From an uncultured Brevifollis sp. (GTDB lineage: Bacteria; Verrucomicrobiota; Verrucomicrobiia; Verrucomicrobiales; Verrucomicrobiaceae), in NCBI GenBank assembly GCA_964452755.1, contig CAYVQY010000008.1:34578-98577 (forward strand): a stretch of DNA of 64,000 nt, given 5' to 3'. Under the pieces are notes generated by a model. It was not told the origin of the DNA. It saw nothing but the letters and a program-made list of their open reading frames with translations, and did not search any database. Position numbers and translations under genes: made by a program. Shown here in pieces: positions 9,455 to 20,037 of this stretch (position 1 is the first letter of the stretch; every line of letters starts with the position of its first letter).

Positions 9455-12400
9455 TCACTTCACATGCATCATCCCGCGCATGAGGATGCTGTGGCCGGGG
9501 AAGGAGCACATGTAGGGGTAGTCGCCGGGTTTCGTGGGAGCGGTGAACTCGATGACCTGTTCCTTGCCGTTGTCGAGCAGCTTGCTGGCCCAGATGATGT
9601 CGGGGCTTTCGGGGATGAAGCCGGTCTCGAAGCCTTTGGCTCCCATGACGAGCGCCTTGTTCGCGATCTCGTCCACCTTGCCGTTGTTCACGAGCAGGAT
9701 GTTGTGCGGCATGAAGTCGGGGTTGGCGAAGGTGAGCTTGATCTTCTTGCCGGAGGTCACGGTGAGTTCCTTCACGTCATACATCATGCGCTCCGGCACG
9801 GTGGCGATGCGGATGGTGGTGAGATCGGGCGTGTCGCTGAGGATGCCGGACTTCTGCGCCTTTTCCTCCTTTTCACCGGCGATGACGCCGCCGTGCATGC
9901 TGGCCTCGACGTTGAACCAGAGGTGCTGCACGACGTTCGCGGCATTGCGTGCGTGGAGTTCGGGGCTGGTTTGCAGTTTGGCGAGCAGCGCGGTGTCGCG
10001 CACGTTGTGCTGCTGGTGAATCCACAGCGCTTCGAGCAGAGGATGCGCGTCCTCCTTCTTCGTTGCGTCGAATTGCTTCATCCACTCCTGTGTGGCGCTG
10101 ATGACTTCCTTGGAATCGCGGCCGCTGAGCTCGATGTGCGTGCGATGGCGGATGCTGTCGGTGGGATGCTTCAGGTTTTCAAGCAACGCGGGGATCGGCT
10201 GGCCGGCGATGGCGACAGGCTTCTGCAGTTCGCGGCCCGTGGCGGTGATGCGATAGACGCGGCCGTGTTTGTGGTCGCGGTTCGGATCACGCACGTTGTG
10301 CTGCATGTGACCGATGATCACGTTGTGCCAGTCGCTGACATAGAGCGAGCCGTCGGGCGCGAAGATCGCGTCGCTCGGGCGGAAGTTTTTGTCGCCGCTC
10401 ATGAGGAAGCCGCGTGAGGTCTCCTCGGTGACGGTGCCGTCGGCCTGCGTGACTTTGACGGTGAGTTCATCGCCCGCAGGCTCGCCCCAGACGGTGCCTT
10501 TCTCCGCGTCGCGCTCGAGGTGGTAATGCTTGATGCCGAGGAAGCCGATCACGTTGCAGATGAGGAAGTCGCCCTGCATTTCCGGCGGGAAATGCGTGCT
10601 GCTGACGACTTCGCTCGCAGTGACGGGACGCACTTCCTTTTTGAGCAGTTCATACATCTTGAAGCCGTTGCCTTCGGGCCGCACCTGATACGCACGGCCG
10701 CCGGTGCCGTCGGTGGCGTATTGATAGCCCCAGGAGTCGAACGACGTGCCGTGCGGATTCGGCGAGTTCGTCGCATGCATGGAGATCGTGAAGCGACGCG
10801 GATCGAAGCGATACATCGCGGAGGCCGTGGCGTTCAGGGACGGGCCCCACGGATGTTCGTGGTTGTGCTGCATGAAGACGCCGCTCTGCCAGTAAACACC
10901 GCCGTCAGGGCCGTAGATGAGATTGTTCGCGCCGTGATGTGTGTCGCTGCTGTCGAGGCCTTGCAGCATGATCGTTTCCACGTCGGCCTTGTCGTCGCCG
11001 TCGGTGTCCTTGAGGAACAGCAGTTCGCTCTGACGCGTGACGAGCACGCCGTCGTTCCAAAACTCAAAGCCGAGCGGATTGTTGACGCGGGCAAACTCGG
11101 TCATGCGATCAGCCTTCCCGTCATTGTTGTCGTCGTGGAGAATGAGCAGCGCGTCCTTGGACTCTTTCAACGGTTCCCATTTCGGATAGTCCGACCACGC
11201 GGCGACCCACAGGCGGCCCTTCGTGTCGAACTGCATCTGCACCGGGTTCGCGAGCTCGGGGAACTGCGCCTCGTCGGCAAAGAGATGCACTTCGAAGCCC
11301 TTCTTCACGGCCATGTGCTTGATCGCCTCTTCGCCGCTGATGTAGCGCAGCACGCCTTCCTTCTGTGCGCTGCTGCTCTTGCTGCCACCGCCCACGTTGG
11401 AGATCACCGGGATCGGCTTCGGCACGTTGCTGTCGTCGATCTTCTTGTCGCCGCCGTTGATGCGTGCCCACACGCGTTCGTCGCGGTTCATCGTCATCAC
11501 ATCGAGCATGGAAAGCTCATGCTGCAGCACGACGCCGTTCGTCTGGCCATCGACAAAGCTCAGCGTCGAGCGACTGCCCCACACGTCGTTGCCGTCGGAG
11601 GCGTGATAGCGCTGATACCAGTGATAGCTCTTGTCCACCACGGCCTCGCGCAGCGGCTCCATCGAAGGCGATGCGCTCACCTGCTTGCCGAGCAGCGCTT
11701 TCGCGATCACCTCCGCGAGCTGGCGGTTCCCATCGGGCGTGAGATGCACGCCGTTGATCGTGAGCGGCTCCTTCGCGGCCTTGAACATCTCGAGGGAGGG
11801 ATGGAACAGATCGACAAACGCCACACCTGCCTCCTTCGCCGCAGCTTCCGTGGCCTTCGTGTAAGCTTCGAGCTGCGGATTGTGCGCCTTGCCATCGGGA
11901 ACGTTCACATTCCGTGTGTCCTCATGCGCGATCGGGCTGAAGAGCACGATGCGCGGGAAGGATTTGCCGTTGGCCTTTGAGCCGCGCGTCTTCTTCACGA
12001 ACTCGACGAGCAGCTTCTGGTATTCTTCAGGCTTGTTGTCGAAGGACTCGTTGTAGCCGAAGAAGCCGAACACCACATCCGCCTTTACGTGCTGAAGATA
12101 TGTGGTCATCGAGATCTGGCCGGGGCTGCGCGGATACGAGTTCGGCCGGTCGCCGCTGGTGCTCATGTTGCGGAAGCGCACGTTCAGGTCCGGCAGCGCG
12201 CTTTGCAGCAGCGTCTCCATCCAGCCGTCGTGCTGCATGCGGTCGGGCAAACCGTTGCCGAGGATCGCGACGACATCGCCTTTGTTGAAGGCAAACGGCA
12301 TCGGATCCTTGTAATCCGCAGGCACGTCGGCAAGCGGCGGCTCCGGCGGGCCGGAGGACTTGCCTCCGCCTCCACCCTTCACGGCGGGTTTGCCCGGCTT

Positions 12401-13957
12401 TCCGTCAAAGGTGAGGTAGGCGAGCTTGCCGCCTTTGACATCGATCGTCATCGCTTCGGGTCCGGCGACGTTCTTGATTTCAAACACCGGTTTGCGCGCG
12501 TCATCGAGCAACTGAAGCGTGAAATCACCCAGGCGGTCCGAGAAACCCTGGCGCGCCCACAGGCCGATCGTGTCGATTTCCTGCGCCGCCCCCAAGTCCA
12601 CCTCCCACCAGGGATTGGGCTGATTTTCGGTCGTATGCGTCATGCCCTTGCCCCAGGCCGGGCTTTTGTCGCCATCCAGCGCCTTGCTCGCATCGCCACC
12701 ATTCCTCGTCGTCGATTGCGTGGCCTTGCCGCCCTTCGCGATGTTTTTGCCGCCGCTCATTATCTCGATCTCGGCGATCTGAAGGCATTCCTTTTCACCC
12801 GGAATTTCGATGCGCACATAGCGGGCGGCTTTGCCGGTGGCGACGGTGGGCTTTGCATCGATCGTGGGTGCTGCAGCCTGCTTTTCGGACTTCTTCGCCT
12901 TCTTGTCGTCCTTCTTCGCCTTCTTGTCGTCCTTCTTCGTCTCGGGTCCCTTCGTGTTGTGGTTCGCCGGGATCGGGCTTTCAAAGCCGGCGTACATCTC
13001 CGGCTTGATGCCGCGTGCATAAGCGCCGCCGCCGAAAGTGTTCGGCTTGTCTGCGCCGACGAAGGCGATGTTGAGATCGGGCTTGATCGCGTCTTCCAAT
13101 CCCACCGCCCAGAAGATGCCATTCACGAGCAGGCGGCGATAACCCTCGTTCGTGATGTCCTCGGAAGTGCCGTAAAGCGACGTAAACACGCGGCCCGCCT
13201 TGCCGTTCGCGCCCTTGTAGGTGCGCGTCCACTCGCTCGGCATCGGTGGCTTCGTTTCGTCGGTAGGAGAATCCGGCGTCATGCCGTTGAGCGGCTGCGC
13301 CATCGTCAAAATGTCACCGTCTGTCGGCTTGCCCACATAGCCGCCCGCCTGCACCCACACATCCTTCACGCCGCGCAGGATCGGATTCGACGCCTTCTCG
13401 GGAACGACGGCGATGCGCGTGCTTTGCTTGTGGTTCGTGCCGTAATGCCCCACCCACGTCTGCCCGAGCACCTGATGCCCGAAACCGAGCTCGTAGTCGG
13501 TGCCTTTGTAATTGAAGTCATACTTGGCATAGGGCTCCGGAGTTCCCTTGAAGGCATGCGTGGCCGTGCGCAGACCTACGACAGGCCCGCCGCGCTTCAG
13601 GTAGGCATCAAAGTGCTTCATCTGCTCCGGCGGCAGTCCCTGGAAGCGCAAAAACACCACGGCGAGATCCGCCGAGTCCAGCGCCTCCATGCCGGGGATG
13701 TTCTGCGGTTCACCGGCGGCTATGTTGCCATCTGCGTCGATGTCGAACAGCACCGTGCACTTGAAGCCCTGATGCTTCGCCAGAATGCGCGCCAGCGCCG
13801 GCAGCGTCTCCTCCGAGCGATATTCGTGATCACCGGCCAGGAAGACGATGTGCTTGCCCTTTCCAGGGCCTTCGGTGCCTTCAAAGACGAGAGGTGCGGC
13901 TTGCGTGAACCCCGCGAATGAAAGGAGGGCGAGCAGGAGGGTGGTTGGCTTGGTCAT
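9455..13957 (-). CDS. Exported multidomain protein: ThuA-like, F5/8-type (discoidin) domain, degenerate SGNH domain, PVC-type dehydrogenase beta-propeller, HEAT-like region, azurin/plastocyanin domain
   Basis: Start at [12 protein letters not shown] (signal peptide). [15 protein letters not shown] (ThuA-like); PWWEVDLG (F5/8); [14 protein letters not shown] and FRPSD...[15 protein letters not shown] (PVC propeller); MPHN...CSFPGH....M type-1 Cu site. Confidence 0.85.
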   Translation of the reverse strand: MTKPTTLLLALLSFAGFTQAAPLVFEGTEGPGKGKHIVFLAGDHEYRSEETLPALARILAKHQGFKCTVLFDIDADGNIAAGEPQNIPGMEALDSADLAVVFLRFQGLPPEQMKHFDAYLKRGGPVVGLRTATHAFKGTPEPYAKYDFNYKGTDYELGFGHQVLGQTWVGHYGTNHKQSTRIAVVPEKASNPILRGVKDVWVQAGGYVGKPTDGDILTMAQPLNGMTPDSPTDETKPPMPSEWTRTYKGANGKAGRVFTSLYGTSEDITNEGYRRLLVNGIFWAVGLEDAIKPDLNIAFVGADKPNTFGGGAYARGIKPEMYAGFESPIPANHNTKGPETKKDDKKAKKDDKKAKKSEKQAAAPTIDAKPTVATGKAARYVRIEIPGEKECLQIAEIEIMSGGKNIAKGGKATQSTTRNGGDASKALDGDKSPAWGKGMTHTTENQPNPWWEVDLGAAQEIDTIGLWARQGFSDRLGDFTLQLLDDARKPVFEIKNVAGPEAMTIDVKGGKLAYLTFDGKPGKPAVKGGGGGKSSGPPEPPLADVPADYKDPMPFAFNKGDVVAILGNGLPDRMQHDGWMETLLQSALPDLNVRFRNMSTSGDRPNSYPRSPGQISMTTYLQHVKADVVFGFFGYNESFDNKPEEYQKLLVEFVKKTRGSKANGKSFPRIVLFSPIAHEDTRNVNVPDGKAHNPQLEAYTKATEAAAKEAGVAFVDLFHPSLEMFKAAKEPLTINGVHLTPDGNRQLAEVIAKALLGKQVSASPSMEPLREAVVDKSYHWYQRYHASDGNDVWGSRSTLSFVDGQTNGVVLQHELSMLDVMTMNRDERVWARINGGDKKIDDSNVPKPIPVISNVGGGSKSSSAQKEGVLRYISGEEAIKHMAVKKGFEVHLFADEAQFPELANPVQMQFDTKGRLWVAAWSDYPKWEPLKESKDALLILHDDNNDGKADRMTEFARVNNPLGFEFWNDGVLVTRQSELLFLKDTDGDDKADVETIMLQGLDSSDTHHGANNLIYGPDGGVYWQSGVFMQHNHEHPWGPSLNATASAMYRFDPRRFTISMHATNSPNPHGTSFDSWGYQYATDGTGGRAYQVRPEGNGFKMYELLKKEVRPVTASEVVSSTHFPPEMQGDFLICNVIGFLGIKHYHLERDAEKGTVWGEPAGDELTVKVTQADGTVTEETSRGFLMSGDKNFRPSDAIFAPDGSLYVSDWHNVIIGHMQHNVRDPNRDHKHGRVYRITATGRELQKPVAIAGQPIPALLENLKHPTDSIRHRTHIELSGRDSKEVISATQEWMKQFDATKKEDAHPLLEALWIHQQHNVRDTALLAKLQTSPELHARNAANVVQHLWFNVEASMHGGVIAGEKEEKAQKSGILSDTPDLTTIRIATVPERMMYDVKELTVTSGKKIKLTFANPDFMPHNILLVNNGKVDEIANKALVMGAKGFETGFIPESPDIIWASKLLDNGKEQVIEFTAPTKPGDYPYMCSFPGHSILMRGMMHVK
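12890..12939. repeat. 21-bp tandem repeat (about 2.4 copies) encoding a KKDDKKA linker
   Basis: CTTCTTCGCCTTCTTGTCGTC at 12890-12910 and 12911-12931, plus a partial copy at 12932-12939. Confidence 0.85.
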
Positions 13958-13992
13958 GGGAAAGGCGGAGGAAACGCAAAGAAGGAGGTCTT

Positions 13993-14024
13993 GTATCCCG
14001 CAGCAGAAAACAAAACCGGACAAA
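13993..14024 (-). promoter_or_regulatory. Bipartite motif TTTGTCCGGTTT-N10-TGCGGGATAC, copy 1 (candidate ECF-sigma promoter)
   Basis: Both boxes and the spacing are identical to the copy at 15728-15759; 35 nt upstream of the ATG at 13957. Confidence 0.7.
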
Positions 14025-14118
14025 ACCGGCGCACGCAGGTGCTGCCGGAATGGCCTGTGGGTGGATGAGGCGGTGCGAGCCGGGCTTACTTGACCTTTTT
14101 CCTTGGCGCGGGAGCCTT

Positions 14119-15699
14119 TTATTCGAACTCCGTTTTCGCGCCGTCGTTCGCCTGATCGACACCGGGGGTGGAGCGCCCGCGCTTCACATAGTCGGCCATC
14201 AGCTCGGTGAGCGCCCGGACTTGCTCCGGGTGCTTGTCGATGACGTTCGTCTGCTCGGAATGATCGTCGGCCAGATCGAAGAGCTGATTCCCGGGAAGTT
14301 CCTTCACTTCGGCGCGTCCGGGTTTGGGTTCGCTCCATCCGCCGGAATCCGGGCAGAAGGCGAGCTTCCAGTTTCCTTTCCGAATCGCGAAGGAGCCGTT
14401 GATCGAGTGATGTACCACGGCCTCGCGCAGCGGTCCGGCGGTGCCCTTCAAAATGGGCAAAAGACTGACCGAGTCCTCGGCGACGTTGTCCGCCACTTTC
14501 GCGCCGACGATTTCCGCGCAGGTGGCGAAGAGGTCCACGAGGCACACCGGCTCCGCCGACCTGCCGCCCGCCTTCACCGTTCCATCCCATCGTGCCACGA
14601 AGGGCACGCGGTGCCCGCCCTCGTAAATATCGGCCTTGTGACCGCGATAGGTGATGCTGGGGTAGTGCTTGCTCATGTCATTGGACACTCCGTCAGCCAT
14701 GGTGAACTGAAGCTGGTCGCCGGTGACGCCGCGCTCGGCGGCGGGGCTGCAGCCGTTGTCGGCGGTGACGATGATCAGCGTGTTGTCGGCGATGCCGGCT
14801 GCCTCGACAGCTTTGACCACCTCACCCACGGCCCAGTCCGTCTCCATCACGAAGTCGCCATAGGGCCCGAGCTTGCTCCGGCCCTGAAAGGACTTCGACG
14901 GCGAAATGGGCGTGTGCGGGCTGTTCAGGGGCATGTAGAGAAAGAAGGGCTGCTTCGTGGCGGCGCGTTTGGTCACGTAGTCAGCGGCTTTCTCCGCCAG
15001 ATTTGGCAGCACGTCATAGTCCTCAAAGTCTGCATGCGCGGGACCGGGGCGGAAGAAGGCCTTGATGGTGGTGCACTCGCCCACGAAGCGGTCGTTCTCG
15101 ATCCAAATGTACGGCGGCATGTCCAGCGAGGCGCTGAAGCCCCAGTAGTAGTCGAACCCAACCGAGGTGGGGCCATTCTGAATCACGCCCTTCCAGTCCA
15201 CGTTGCATTTCGCCGCCAGCTCCTCGGCCGTCTTGGCAGAAGAGTTGGCCGGCTTGCCGTCGAGCGTGGGAAACCGCATTCCGAGGTGCCACTTGCCGAC
15301 CGCGCCGGTGTGGTAGCCCGCCGCCTTCAGCATGGACGCGACCGTTTCGCGGCCGGGCTTGATCAAGGGCTCACTGAAGCCGCCCAGGACGCCCTTTTTA
15401 AGGTCGCTGCGCCAGTTGTAGCGCCCCGTGAGGACGCCATAGCGGGTGGGGGTGCAGACCGAGGACGAACTGTGCGCATCGGTGAAAGCCATGCCCTTCG
15501 CGGCCAGCGCATCCATGTTCGGCGTGTCGATCTTGCAGCGGTCCCCGCCGTAAAATTTGATGTCCCCCATGCCCCAGTCGTCGGCCAGGATGAAAATGAC
15601 ATTCGGCGGCGCATCCGCAGCCTGCACCTGCCGGAGCGGTGCGAAGGTCAGAAGAAGAGGCGAAGCCAGAGCGGCGGTGAGGAGGGTGGAACGAATCAT
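14119..15699 (-). CDS. Arylsulfatase (family S1, Cys-type)
   Basis: [21 protein letters not shown] (CxPxR), [22 protein letters not shown]; signal peptide from MIRSTLL. Confidence 0.93.
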   Translation of the reverse strand: MIRSTLLTAALASPLLLTFAPLRQVQAADAPPNVIFILADDWGMGDIKFYGGDRCKIDTPNMDALAAKGMAFTDAHSSSSVCTPTRYGVLTGRYNWRSDLKKGVLGGFSEPLIKPGRETVASMLKAAGYHTGAVGKWHLGMRFPTLDGKPANSSAKTAEELAAKCNVDWKGVIQNGPTSVGFDYYWGFSASLDMPPYIWIENDRFVGECTTIKAFFRPGPAHADFEDYDVLPNLAEKAADYVTKRAATKQPFFLYMPLNSPHTPISPSKSFQGRSKLGPYGDFVMETDWAVGEVVKAVEAAGIADNTLIIVTADNGCSPAAERGVTGDQLQFTMADGVSNDMSKHYPSITYRGHKADIYEGGHRVPFVARWDGTVKAGGRSAEPVCLVDLFATCAEIVGAKVADNVAEDSVSLLPILKGTAGPLREAVVHHSINGSFAIRKGNWKLAFCPDSGGWSEPKPGRAEVKELPGNQLFDLADDHSEQTNVIDKHPEQVRALTELMADYVKRGRSTPGVDQANDGAKTEFE

Positions 15700-15727
15700 G
15701 GTGGATGGTACGGCGCGATACGCCCTC

Positions 15728-15759
15728 GTATCCCGCACGTGGGGAAGAAACCGGACAAA
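15728..15759 (-). promoter_or_regulatory. Bipartite motif TTTGTCCGGTTT-N10-TGCGGGATAC, copy 2 (candidate ECF-sigma promoter)
   Basis: Identical to 13993-14024 in both boxes; 28 nt upstream of the ATG at 15699. Confidence 0.7.
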
Positions 15760-15776
15760 GGAAGGCGGGTTTTGCC

Positions 15777-17201
15777 TCAGGGCGCTGGTTTCGGCACCTG
15801 GGAGTCGTCACCCGGCGTCCACCAGGCGTCGAGCTGGCGGCGCAGGGTTTGAACATCGGCGGCATGCTCGGGCTTCGCGGCGAGATTGTATTTTTCCTCG
15901 GGATCGGTCACGACGTCGAAGAGGGCGGGTTCTCTCAAGTAACCGCCCCAGGCATTTTTTCCGCTCGGCACGATGAGTTTGAGGCTGCCGCTGCGAATCC
16001 AGCGGTAAGCGATATCGCGCGAGGGATGGCCGAGGCTGCTGGCGTCGCCGGGGTAGATCTCGCCAAACACGGGCTGGTCTTCGAGTTGTGATTCCCCGAT
16101 GGCCGCCGACCACAAACTGCGGCCTGGCAGCGGCGCGACGGCATCCGGCCTGCCGAGGGCGGCGAGCACGGTGGGCAGAAGATCGACGCTGCTGACGAGC
16201 TGCTCATGCGTGGCGGCTTTCGTGTGTCCATCCCAGCGGATCAGGATCGGCGTGCGCAGGCCGTCTTCGAAGGGCGAGTACTTGCTCTCATGCGTGTGCG
16301 CGAACTCCTTCGGGCTCTTTTTCATGCGCTCGGTGCCCGGCGTCCAGCCGTTGTCCACGACGAAGACGAAGAGCGTGTCCTTCGTCAAGCCGCGCTGGTC
16401 GATCATCGCCATCAACTCACCCACCGTGTCGTCAAACTGGCTGACGGAGGCGAGATACGGGATGCGATTCTCCGCCGCGCCGCGTGTGCGATGCAGGTCG
16501 AAGTACTTCTGCGGCGAGTCATGCGGCTGATGCGGCAGGTAGGGCGCATACCAGAGGAAAAACGGCTTCGTGCCGCCATTGCGGTCGAGAAAGTCGGCGA
16601 TGGGCTGCATCGTCTCGCGTCCGATGGCCAGTCCGTGGTCGCCATTGCCATGCGCGGCCTTTGAGCCATCAGCCAGTGTGCGCGTGACGCCGCCGTAGTT
16701 CAGATGCGGCGCAGGTTTGAAGATCGTCATGCCTTCCGTGAATCCCGCATTGGAGAAATGGCCCTCCCAGAATTTTCCGGTCTGAAACGAGGTGTAGCCC
16801 AGCGTCCCGAGCGTGCGCGGAAGCGTCGGTTGAGAGCGTATGATCTCAAAGGCCGGACTGCGTGCCGTCTCGTATTCGGCGGCGGAGGCCATCTTGTTGA
16901 AGCCGCTGTTCCCCGGCGGCGGATGATTGTAATGCAGCCCGCTTTGATGCGGATAGCGCCCCGTCAGCATCGCTGCGAGAGACGGACTGCACAGGCTCGT
17001 GGGCACGTAGCCGTTCATAAACCGCGCCGACTGCGCCGCGAGCTCGTCGATGTGCGGCGTTAGCGCGTCCGTGCCGCCCATGAAGCCGAAATCGCGGCAG
17101 GTCTGATCGTCCGCGATGATGTAAACGACGTTCGGCGGCTGCGCGTGCAGGAGGCCTCCGGCAAGAAGGGCGGCGGTGAGAAGGCGGAGGATGAAAGGCA
17201 T
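15777..17201 (-). CDS. Sulfatase-like hydrolase with variant CxPxL signature
   Basis: PNVVYIIADD, LCSPSLAAMLTG, GKFWEG, DNG, K.SPFEDGLRTP. Confidence 0.88.
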   Translation of the reverse strand: MPFILRLLTAALLAGGLLHAQPPNVVYIIADDQTCRDFGFMGGTDALTPHIDELAAQSARFMNGYVPTSLCSPSLAAMLTGRYPHQSGLHYNHPPPGNSGFNKMASAAEYETARSPAFEIIRSQPTLPRTLGTLGYTSFQTGKFWEGHFSNAGFTEGMTIFKPAPHLNYGGVTRTLADGSKAAHGNGDHGLAIGRETMQPIADFLDRNGGTKPFFLWYAPYLPHQPHDSPQKYFDLHRTRGAAENRIPYLASVSQFDDTVGELMAMIDQRGLTKDTLFVFVVDNGWTPGTERMKKSPKEFAHTHESKYSPFEDGLRTPILIRWDGHTKAATHEQLVSSVDLLPTVLAALGRPDAVAPLPGRSLWSAAIGESQLEDQPVFGEIYPGDASSLGHPSRDIAYRWIRSGSLKLIVPSGKNAWGGYLREPALFDVVTDPEEKYNLAAKPEHAADVQTLRRQLDAWWTPGDDSQVPKPAP

Positions 17202-17379
17202 GCCGTTTTCAACCCTGCGCGCCAGGACCTTCTATCCGAACAAATGCGTGCCGCTGTTCAGGTTTTCCGGCGGATCAGCACGGACGACGCGATGGATTTT
17301 TTTTAGAGGCAACCCGTCCAAAACGGTTGAGTATCATGCCGTCATCACCTGACAGCCATCATTGAAACCAACCGCCACC

Positions 17380-18090
17380 ATGAAAACCAAACTCGTCGCC
17401 ACCCTCGTCCTCGCCCTCGGCTCCGGCCTTTTTGCAGCAGAACACGGCACTCTGATCTTTGAAGACAACTTCGACCGCAACGAGTCGCAGGAGGTCAAGG
17501 AAGAGATCGGCAACGGCTGGGGAACGAACAGCAAGTCCCGTGCGAAGGGCAACAAGCAGGTCGATCTGAAAGACGGGGCGATGTACATCACGACGCACCC
17601 CGAGGCCGATCATGCTGCGTCGGTTACCCATCCGGCGGAGTTCACCGACGGCGCCGTGGAGCTGCGCTTCATGCTGGAGGACGAAGCCGACACGCTGGGG
17701 CTCGATTTCGCCGATCTGCAGTTCAAGGAAGTCCACGCCGGCCACCTCTTCAAAGTCGATGTCGGCTCGAAAAAGGTGACCATTGACGACATGAAGTCCG
17801 GCGGCATGAACATGAAATTCTACGACGCCAAGAAGGCGAAGACGCTGACCAAGGAGCAGCAGGAAATCATCGCCGCGAACAAGAAGACCTTCCCCTCCAA
17901 GTTGAAGGCCGGGCAGTGGTATTCGCTGCTGGTGACCATCAAGGGCGACACCGTGAGTGTTTCCATCGACGGCAAGGAAGCCGCGACCGCGAGCTCCGAA
18001 GGCTTCGCGCATCCGACCAAGAAAATGCTGCGCCTCGCGGTGCCGAAGAGTGCCGTGGTGGATGATCTGAAAATCTGGGCGGTGAAGTAA
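17380..18090 (+). CDS. Exported concanavalin-like/DUF1080-like beta-sandwich protein
   Basis: Signal peptide, LIFEDNFDR, GQWYSLLVTIKGD.V.V.IDG, VDDLKIW C-terminus; typical host codon usage. Confidence 0.65.
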   Translation: MKTKLVATLVLALGSGLFAAEHGTLIFEDNFDRNESQEVKEEIGNGWGTNSKSRAKGNKQVDLKDGAMYITTHPEADHAASVTHPAEFTDGAVELRFMLEDEADTLGLDFADLQFKEVHAGHLFKVDVGSKKVTIDDMKSGGMNMKFYDAKKAKTLTKEQQEIIAANKKTFPSKLKAGQWYSLLVTIKGDTVSVSIDGKEAATASSEGFAHPTKKMLRLAVPKSAVVDDLKIWAVK

Positions 18091-18105
18091 CCGGACGCCG
18101 CCGCC

Positions 18106-19119
18106 ATGACGAAGCAATCTCGTCCGTACACATTCGCATTCGTGGCGCTCGTGCTGGTCTGCCTGCCCGCGCAGGCGGATGACAAGCCGACCCCGGCCGA
18201 GGCCTTTGTCGGCCACTGGGCGCTGCAAATGAACAACGGCGACGCGGGCTGGATGCCGATTGAGCGCGTCGATGGCGTCTGGAGCGCCGAGCTCTGGACC
18301 GTGGGTCGGCCCAAGGCTGTCAAAGACATCGCCTACGCGGATGGAAAGCTGACTTTTATTCGTCAGTGCAAAGTCGGCGCACCGGAGTTTGCCGGCGGAC
18401 CGCCCACCGGCCAGCCGGTGGCGTCCGACTTCGCCGCCAAGGTCGATGGCGATGCGATTCGGATCGTGATGACGGGACCGAATGGCGTGACGCAGACCCA
18501 CACCGGCAAACGCCTGCCGCCCATGCCGCCGAAGCCGGATCTTTCAGCGGCTCGGTTCGGCGAGCCCGAGGTGCTCTTCAACGGAGTCGATCTGACCGGG
18601 TGGCGGCTCGTCAATCCGAAGCAGATCAACGGGTGGAAAGTCGTCGATGGCGTGCTGGAAAACGAATCGCCGAAGAAGTCCTTCGATCCCTTCTCGCAAT
18701 ACGGCAATCTCCGCACCGACGCGGTCTTTGGCGACGGCAGACTGACACTGGAGTTCAACGTGCCTTCAGGCGGCAACAGCGGCGTGTATGTGCGCGGCGC
18801 CTACGAGGCGCAGGTGGTGGATCGCGACAGCAGGATGCAGGGTATCCAGGGCCCAGGCGCCATTTTCAGCCGCATCGCGCCAGTCAGGAACGCCGGCAGG
18901 CCGGGCGGCGAATGGCAGAGCTACGAGATCACCCTCGTGGACCGGCATGCGACGGTCGTTTTGAACGGCGAGAAAGTCATCGACAACGAGCCGGTCATCG
19001 GCAGCACCAACGGCGCGTTTCAATCCGACATCACTCAGCCGGGTCCGCACCATCTCCAGGGTGATCACACCGCCGTGAAGTATCGCAACATCGTCTGGCG
19101 TCCGATCCTGAAACCGTAG
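18106..19119 (+). CDS. DUF1080 (3-keto-disaccharide hydrolase-like) protein
   Basis: LFNGVDLTGW, LRTD..F.D..L.LEF, NSGVYVRG.YE.Q..D, GEWQ, LQGDH..V.YRNI. Confidence 0.88.
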   Translation: MTKQSRPYTFAFVALVLVCLPAQADDKPTPAEAFVGHWALQMNNGDAGWMPIERVDGVWSAELWTVGRPKAVKDIAYADGKLTFIRQCKVGAPEFAGGPPTGQPVASDFAAKVDGDAIRIVMTGPNGVTQTHTGKRLPPMPPKPDLSAARFGEPEVLFNGVDLTGWRLVNPKQINGWKVVDGVLENESPKKSFDPFSQYGNLRTDAVFGDGRLTLEFNVPSGGNSGVYVRGAYEAQVVDRDSRMQGIQGPGAIFSRIAPVRNAGRPGGEWQSYEITLVDRHATVVLNGEKVIDNEPVIGSTNGAFQSDITQPGPHHLQGDHTAVKYRNIVWRPILKP

Positions 19120-19128
19120 AATCGCACC

Positions 19129-20013
19129 ATGACCTCTCGCCGCTCCGTCCTCCAACTCCTCGGCGCTTCCGCCGCGTCGTCCTGCCTGCCAGCTTTCGCC
19201 AAGGCGCCCGGGAGGTTTCCCATCGGCGCATGTGACTGGTCGATCAAGCAGCAGCAGCACATCGGCGCGTTCGATGTGGCGCGGAAGATGGGCCTCGAAG
19301 GCTTGCAGGTCAGCTTCAGCATACCGGGCTCCGAGTATGATCTGCGCGATGCGAAGGTGCGCGAGCAATACTACAGCCGCGTTGATGAAACCGGCATCAG
19401 GCTGGCCTCCCTTGGCATGGGAATCCTGAACAAGCTGCCGCTCGCCACGCATCCGGATTCGATCACCTGGGTCGGCGACGCCATCGACACCATGGCCGCG
19501 ATGAGGAAGGAGCGTGAGGATCTCGCACCCGGCATCTGCCTGCTCGCTTTTTTCGGTGCAGGGGACATCAATGGCAAACCCGGGCTGATGGACGCGGTGA
19601 TCGCGAAGCTGAAAACGATCGCGGCCAAGGCCGAGGATCATGGCGTGGTTTTTGGCATCGAGTCGCTGCTCTCCGCCGATGATCATCTGAAAATCATCGA
19701 CGGTGTCGGCTCGAAGGCCGTCCAAGTCTATTACGACACGGCGAACTCGAACCGGATGGGCTATGACATTTACGACGAGATTGTCCAGCTCGGCGCCGGA
19801 CGCATCTGCCAGGTTCACTGCAAGGAGGACGGCGCGCTGCTCGGAGATGGCGTGATCGACTTCGAGAAGGTAGGGGCATCGCTCGACAGGGCGGGTTACT
19901 CCGGCTGGCTCATCATTGAAGGCGCCCTGCCGAAGGGTGCCGATCTCGTCGAAGCTTATCGACAAAACTACAGTGTTTTGGATGGTGTCTTTCGGAAGAA
20001 ACGGGGCGATTGA
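19129..20013 (+). CDS. Sugar phosphate isomerase/epimerase (xylose isomerase-like TIM barrel), Tat-exported
   Basis: SRRSVL Tat signal; GIES, YYDTAN, QVHCKE, LGDG.IDF, GYSGWLIIE. Confidence 0.85.
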   Translation: MTSRRSVLQLLGASAASSCLPAFAKAPGRFPIGACDWSIKQQQHIGAFDVARKMGLEGLQVSFSIPGSEYDLRDAKVREQYYSRVDETGIRLASLGMGILNKLPLATHPDSITWVGDAIDTMAAMRKEREDLAPGICLLAFFGAGDINGKPGLMDAVIAKLKTIAAKAEDHGVVFGIESLLSADDHLKIIDGVGSKAVQVYYDTANSNRMGYDIYDEIVQLGAGRICQVHCKEDGALLGDGVIDFEKVGASLDRAGYSGWLIIEGALPKGADLVEAYRQNYSVLDGVFRKKRGD

Positions 20014-20037
20014 TTTCGCGCTGCTATAACCCGGTCT

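Noticed and set aside
13958-14590. N-terminal extension of the 1711-aa ORF in the track
   Set aside because: Overlaps the arylsulfatase in another frame; the signal peptide and upstream motif place the start at 13957.
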